Of a stretch of 57,168 bases of DNA, positions 52,517-57,168 are shown piece after piece. The notes beneath the pieces are model-generated. The model was not told where the DNA came from and made no database searches. It saw only the letters and a list, made by a program, of their open reading frames with translations. The DNA comes from a virus (taxonomy: Duplodnaviria; Caudoviricetes). The stretch's first letter is position 1. Each line of letters opens with the position of its first letter. The position numbers and the translations under genes were made by a program. The stretch covers positions 1 to 57,168 of IMG/VR virus record IMGVR_UViG_3300026026_000119. One strand, written 5' to 3'.

Positions 52517-52923
52517 AGAGCCCTCGCTGCAAAGCCGGGCTTTTTGGCTTTCTTGGAAAACGTTTCAAGCCTTGCCAACGACTTCGATATATCGAGCGCG
52601 CGGTACTTACGGATCAGCGTATTTTCTTCCATTGCCGCATCGAAGTAGCCTTCAAGCACCAGCTCCCTAAATCTCGGCCACGTGGTCTTGAGATACTTGT
52701 TCGTCCAGAACGCCACCTCGCCCCAACCTTCCGAGCCGCTCAGACGACCTTGGGAAACCACGCGGTAGTAGAGCTTATCCTCGGGGTCAAACCACGTAAT
52801 GCCCGAGCGAATAGGCGCTACGGCACTCGGCTCGTCTTTGGCCGGGTCGTTGAATACGGGAGGCTTTTCCGGTCGCTGGTTAGCCCAGATAATCCTACCG
52901 CGATAAATAAGACGAGTGGTCAA
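52513..52923 (-). CDS. Hypothetical protein
   Basis: Coupled to portal stop and HAD start. Confidence 0.6.
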   Translation of the reverse strand: MTTRLIYRGRIIWANQRPEKPPVFNDPAKDEPSAVAPIRSGITWFDPEDKLYYRVVSQGRLSGSEGWGEVAFWTNKYLKTTWPRFRELVLEGYFDAAMEENTLIRKYRALDISKSLARLETFSKKAKKPGFAARAL

Positions 52924-54602
52924 AGCTTAGTCTTTCCCGACATCACGCCAGCTCCCGCTTGGCTCATAATCTTTTGCATCACGTCGGCACTCTCGGCTTT
53001 CATTTCCTTCTCGGCCGCTGCCTTGACCTTGGCGATGTTATCGATTTGGAAGTAGGGCGCTATGTGCTTTATCGCAGTCTCTAGGTCGATAAGACCAGTC
53101 ATCTTGGCTTGAGACGACGAGACAACCGCTTGGCCCGCGTCCGCAAGAGACGGCTCGCCGTAGTTAGGCCAAATCAGCTCAACGGTAGTACCGCGCCCTA
53201 GAACCCGTTCGGTAACCGTGACGTTCTCGCCTGACGAATCACTCTCGACTTTCGGCGGTAGCTTTATCGTGCGCGATATGAGCCTAACGTTACTCTCGGC
53301 GCCCGAGACGTTGGGCTCCTCAAGCTGACGGGCGGCTTTGACAACGAGCTTTAGTAGCCGGTAGATTCCCACCCCGTATTGCTCCCGAAGCTTGTCGGCG
53401 GTCTCAAGCATCGAGCTATAGTTGGTGGCTACTTCTTCTTCGGTGCGAGCGGGGCCTTCGAAGTTGGTATCCAAAACGCATTGCGACACTTCGAGCGCGA
53501 GAGTGCGAAGCTCCTTGGCTAAATCCATCGCCGTGCGAGGACCGTTGCCAGTGATTTCCATGTAGTTGACCGAACCGCCTTTTTCTACCCAGAGCGCGTT
53601 TTCGCTTCCCTTGCGAACGCCATTGGCAAACCCTTCGCTGTCTGAAGAGATCACAAGCGACGGGTCGCAGTTGGCCAAAACCCCTCGGTTGGCTTGTGAC
53701 AAAAGCGCGTCTATCGACTCGGATAAGTCGTAGACGCCCTCGCAATCGCTCCAGCCGTCTTCTGACCCCTGCACCTCGTGGTTCTGTATCCAAACTACCG
53801 GCACAAATCCAAACCCGTGCTCGACCTGGTAGACCTTGTACGCCGGGTCGTTCCAATCGGGCTCCTCATCGTCTTCGGCGGGCACCGCGGGCCAAATGCG
53901 GTCGCGCATCTTATCTATAACCCGGCGGTACCAAAACTGGGCTATGTACCACTCGCCAGTGGCGGGGTCTCGTAACTCCTTGGGATAGAGATACCGCTTC
54001 TCGTAGCTGCGCAAAGTGCCGCTCTCGACGTCCTCGAAATCGACAAAGCTCCACCTCGGGTCGTGCACTTCGACTACAGGCACGCCGTTGACGAACTTGA
54101 AGCCCACCGCTACCGAACCCATCGCGCCGCCGTAGGTACGCGCTAAAATCATTCGCGACCAGAGCCGAGTCTCGGTGATAAACGCCTGAATCCAATCGTC
54201 GGTCTGCTTGTCGTCAATGACGTGAATCTTGGGCGCTCTTTTCTTACCGAAAAGAAGGCCCGTGAATCGGTTGACGATAACGCGAGTCAAGTGGTAGGGC
54301 GCTGTAGGTTTTCGAAACTTCAACGGCAAAGTCTGACCAGAATCCATAAAGCCAGGCGGTAGAACTCCCGACTGCGCCACCACCTCGCTTTCGATATGCT
54401 CAAGGTTTTCTTTTCCGTCCCAATCGACCTTACGACCGTGATAATGCTGGCATGCATAAAACGCCCATAATCGGTTGAGTTCGATTTGCCGCGAGTTAAG
54501 GCTTCCCGCCAAATGCTTAGTCTCGTTCATCGCTCCCGATATCGGGTCGGCGTAAATCATCTTTCGCGCTGCATCGGGGTTTGAAGGGGTCGCGCTAGAC
54601 AT
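52920..54602 (-). CDS. Portal protein
   Basis: IVNRFTGLLFG; HGFGFVPVVWIQN...G.SD; follows terminase. Confidence 0.88.
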   Translation of the reverse strand: MSSATPSNPDAARKMIYADPISGAMNETKHLAGSLNSRQIELNRLWAFYACQHYHGRKVDWDGKENLEHIESEVVAQSGVLPPGFMDSGQTLPLKFRKPTAPYHLTRVIVNRFTGLLFGKKRAPKIHVIDDKQTDDWIQAFITETRLWSRMILARTYGGAMGSVAVGFKFVNGVPVVEVHDPRWSFVDFEDVESGTLRSYEKRYLYPKELRDPATGEWYIAQFWYRRVIDKMRDRIWPAVPAEDDEEPDWNDPAYKVYQVEHGFGFVPVVWIQNHEVQGSEDGWSDCEGVYDLSESIDALLSQANRGVLANCDPSLVISSDSEGFANGVRKGSENALWVEKGGSVNYMEITGNGPRTAMDLAKELRTLALEVSQCVLDTNFEGPARTEEEVATNYSSMLETADKLREQYGVGIYRLLKLVVKAARQLEEPNVSGAESNVRLISRTIKLPPKVESDSSGENVTVTERVLGRGTTVELIWPNYGEPSLADAGQAVVSSSQAKMTGLIDLETAIKHIAPYFQIDNIAKVKAAAEKEMKAESADVMQKIMSQAGAGVMSGKTKL

Positions 54603-54612
54603 AAGCTTTGTT

Positions 54613-56112
54613 CTACCTCGACATGGTATCGATATGGAAGGCCCGCGCCTTGGGTTTGACTATAACCATCTTACTCCCTTCGCGAGCGAAAAAGGAGGCC
54701 ATCAGCCTATCTCCGGTATGCGCTCTCGGGTCGTAATAAATAAGCTCGTTTATCCACCGCTGTACTTCGGGATGACAGATAAGCGTCTGGTCGCCGTTTT
54801 CAAGCTCGGTGCGACGTGAAGGGATGATCCATTTACCAGCCGCCATCTCCGCGCCGATGCTCTCTACCCCGTACTCGGGGTGATGCGCTCGCGCGGTTGT
54901 GGTGTATGGCTCGATAGGGATACTGGCTTGGTTCTTGGTAAACTGAATGATGAAGTCTTGAGCGGCGTTGTTCTCGACTACGACTAGGCTCTGATATCTA
55001 CGCTGCACGTCTATTATAAGGTCTACAATCTCGGGGCCGTGGAACTTGCCCGCGGTGATATCAAGCACCTCCCGGCTATCATCGGGGTGTACCACGATAG
55101 TAAATAGAACCGTTTCCGCTGAGCCGTCCCGCTCCTGTACCGCAAGATCCACTCCCGTAAACGTGCGATAGCCATCGGGCACCTGCATGAGAGCGTAGCA
55201 AAGGTTCTTGCCGTCGCCCCTTTCCTTACATAGCTCTATCCACTCGGCTTTGAATCGGCTTTCGGTATCGGCGATGTACCGGCATAGCATCTGCCGGTCG
55301 AACTCTAACGGACCAAGCTCAACGCGCTTTTTCTCGATACGCTCCAGCGGCCACTGAGTAGGAAAGGTGGATTTGCCCTCTTCGTCAATCACGGGCGAGC
55401 GCATAGAGTGGTACAAGGGGTTGCTAGACAAAAGATGCATCAGGTCGTCCGGATGCCACACCATGCCGAGTACCCATACCCGAGAGTCGGCTGTAAGCCG
55501 GCCTTCGAGCGTGCTCTTGAACCACTTGATAGAATCTGCTCTCATCGCATCGGTACGAGTAGATTCGTAGTCAAGCGCGTCATCGAGAATCAATAAATCG
55601 ATACGCGAACCAAGCACGTTGCCGTGAATACCGCACGTCTGAAAACTCGGGTCTTTGGCAAGCGTTTCTCGCTGTACGGTAAACCAGTGCCCTGTCCACG
55701 ACGAGCTCGGGTCAGGCACAAGCTTTGGAAACACCGCTCTGACATCAGCGCTTTGAATGATGTACTTAGCCACCTGGCTACTAATCTTGCCCGCCATACC
55801 ATCGGTGTTAGATACCACCACGACCCGCAGATTCGGATTGTGCCCGAGCTCCCATATCGACCGGCCTACGCTTATCTGTTGAGTCTTGGCGCTCTCGACG
55901 TGCCCCCAGATAACGACGCGGTCGTATCGGCTCAGTAGCCGATGCCAGCGGTAGTGCATTGGGCTATTGAAGATGCGAGAGCCGTTTTCTTCGTTGCGAA
56001 GCGCATAAGAGCAAAAAGCCGCCGGGTCCTCTCTCGCCATCGAAAGGTGAGTTCTTTCGGCAGCAATCACCTTAAGGGCAACATCGTTTTCTACCGCTAC
56101 GGTTTCCATCAA
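54613..56112 (-). CDS. terL: Terminase large subunit
   Basis: Walker A-like GHVESAKT, Walker B LLILDD, WHPDDL, nuclease GVDLA...VENN...HTGDRLMA. Confidence 0.93.
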   Translation of the reverse strand: MMETVAVENDVALKVIAAERTHLSMAREDPAAFCSYALRNEENGSRIFNSPMHYRWHRLLSRYDRVVIWGHVESAKTQQISVGRSIWELGHNPNLRVVVVSNTDGMAGKISSQVAKYIIQSADVRAVFPKLVPDPSSSWTGHWFTVQRETLAKDPSFQTCGIHGNVLGSRIDLLILDDALDYESTRTDAMRADSIKWFKSTLEGRLTADSRVWVLGMVWHPDDLMHLLSSNPLYHSMRSPVIDEEGKSTFPTQWPLERIEKKRVELGPLEFDRQMLCRYIADTESRFKAEWIELCKERGDGKNLCYALMQVPDGYRTFTGVDLAVQERDGSAETVLFTIVVHPDDSREVLDITAGKFHGPEIVDLIIDVQRRYQSLVVVENNAAQDFIIQFTKNQASIPIEPYTTTARAHHPEYGVESIGAEMAAGKWIIPSRRTELENGDQTLICHPEVQRWINELIYYDPRAHTGDRLMASFFAREGSKMVIVKPKARAFHIDTMSR

Positions 56113-56912
56113 TGAACGTGTTTGCCGTTAGTCGGCGCTTGGCTTTTTTCGTCCTCGACCGCCCATAGCTCCTTCTGCCTTCTCAACTCGATAGCCCCCT
56201 GTACCGCTTGCATCGCAATCTTTAGCCTCGTCTCTGCTTCTTCAGTGGTCATCGTCTCAACGCCTTCAATCGCGATAATCGCAGTCGGGTCGCCGAGGTA
56301 CAGCCGCTCCATTTCCGTCACTTGCTGCGAAAGACTTACCACCTTGGCCACTACGTTGGTCATTTGATCCAAAATCGAAAGTATCGCTCTGGCATCGAAC
56401 TTCTCGGGCTCCCTGCCGCACGTAGGACACGGCGCACTGCCCGGCTCGCGAGTCTTGTCGCGGTATAGCATCGCCTGAAGCTTTTCCTTACACCGCTCAC
56501 CCATGGCGATTGCGGTGCGCATGATATCAGCGGTGGCCGCTAGAGCCTGCATGACGTTGGAACGGGCAAGGCGCAGGATTTGCCCCTGCACCTTTCGCGA
56601 TTCAATCGCATCGGTTTTTGCATCGCTCATCTCTTTGTCTTGAGCGCGGTTTTCCTCCCTCTGCTCTTCGATAACATGAGCTCGCGCCGCTATCTGTTCG
56701 GAGGCGAGTATTTCCTTTATAGGCCGCTTATCTACTTGGTCAGAACAGCCGAAAAAGTAAGCACGCTTAGCCGTCCTCGGATCTACGCCAGCGGCAGATC
56801 CCGCCATGGAATGCTTTTGAGGCGCATTTCTGTATGACTCCAAAAGCGCCCCAAACACCTCTTTTGTTATCGGATGCCTTCCTTTTCGGCCAATCGCACT
56901 TGTTTTCTTCAT
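56109..56912 (-). CDS. Probable terminase small subunit
   Basis: Immediately upstream of terL; HTH-like N-terminus, coiled coil, MERLYLGDPT. Confidence 0.6.
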   Translation of the reverse strand: MKKTSAIGRKGRHPITKEVFGALLESYRNAPQKHSMAGSAAGVDPRTAKRAYFFGCSDQVDKRPIKEILASEQIAARAHVIEEQREENRAQDKEMSDAKTDAIESRKVQGQILRLARSNVMQALAATADIMRTAIAMGERCKEKLQAMLYRDKTREPGSAPCPTCGREPEKFDARAILSILDQMTNVVAKVVSLSQQVTEMERLYLGDPTAIIAIEGVETMTTEEAETRLKIAMQAVQGAIELRRQKELWAVEDEKSQAPTNGKHVH

Positions 56913-57003
56913 GCCTATATTCTAACCATACTATTGCACCGAGCACTAATGCTAGAGGCAATTGATTGGATTGCGCACCCGCTTTGATGGTTATACTTGC
57001 TCT

Positions 57004-57168
57004 ATGGCTAAAAAGAAAATTGCTCTTCCCTCTGCCCCCGCTGCCCCGATAAGCACTCCCGCTCCCGTAATGGAGTTCCGAGAATCGGCCGCCGAGTGGG
57101 TAGAGCTGGATAAAATAAAAGGGTGGGACAGAAACCCACGTACCCATGACATCGATGCCATTGCCGAC
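57004..57168 (+). CDS. ParB/Srx-like N-terminal domain protein, 3' truncated
   Basis: Manual translation: MAKKKIALPSAPAAPISTPAPVMEFRESAAEWVELDKIKGWDRNPRTHDIDAIAD. Confidence 0.75.
   Translation, partial: MAKKKIALPSAPAAPISTPAPVMEFRESAAEWVELDKIKGWDRNPRTHDIDAIAD

Larger units (their letters stand above)
1..57168. mobile_element. Temperate contractile-tailed phage/prophage genome, incomplete at both ends
   Basis: Continuous phage gene content: repressor/Cro switch, replication initiator, RusA, terminase, portal, capsid, sheath, tube, baseplate J, endolysin. No host housekeeping genes seen. Confidence 0.95.

Noticed and set aside
56767-57147. 126-aa - strand ORF at the right end
   Set aside because: Overlaps the better-supported ParB-like + strand gene and the divergent promoter region.

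Overview
This window is almost entirely one temperate, contractile-tailed (myovirus-type) phage or prophage, cut at both ends; no integrase, att site, tRNA, CRISPR array or reverse transcriptase was seen. Left (1-6901): a partial XRE repressor (-) divergent from a + strand early operon encoding a Cro-like HTH protein, a replication initiator with an internal 11-bp iteron array, RusA, a SleB-like hydrolase, an AdoMetDC-like enzyme and an ASCH protein. A BrnT toxin with a truncated antitoxin sits where this operon converges with a ~49 kb - strand late region. That region runs terminase, portal, accessory and small-peptide head genes, scaffold, major capsid, neck, sheath, tube, frameshifting chaperone, tape measure, baseplate, ~14 kb of fibre/appendage genes, and a lysis cassette with an amidase, holin-like proteins, a papain-family protease and three lipoproteins. 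A divergent partial ParB-like gene ends the window. The most unusual elements are (i) a promoter-driven structured RNA with twin co-varying hairpin repeats between sheath and tube, (ii) four tandem small head-module peptides with a shared C-terminal motif, and (iii) the protease/lipoprotein lysis cassette. All family calls come from motif recognition by eye, not database searches. A Myxococcota/deltaproteobacterial host is only a guess.
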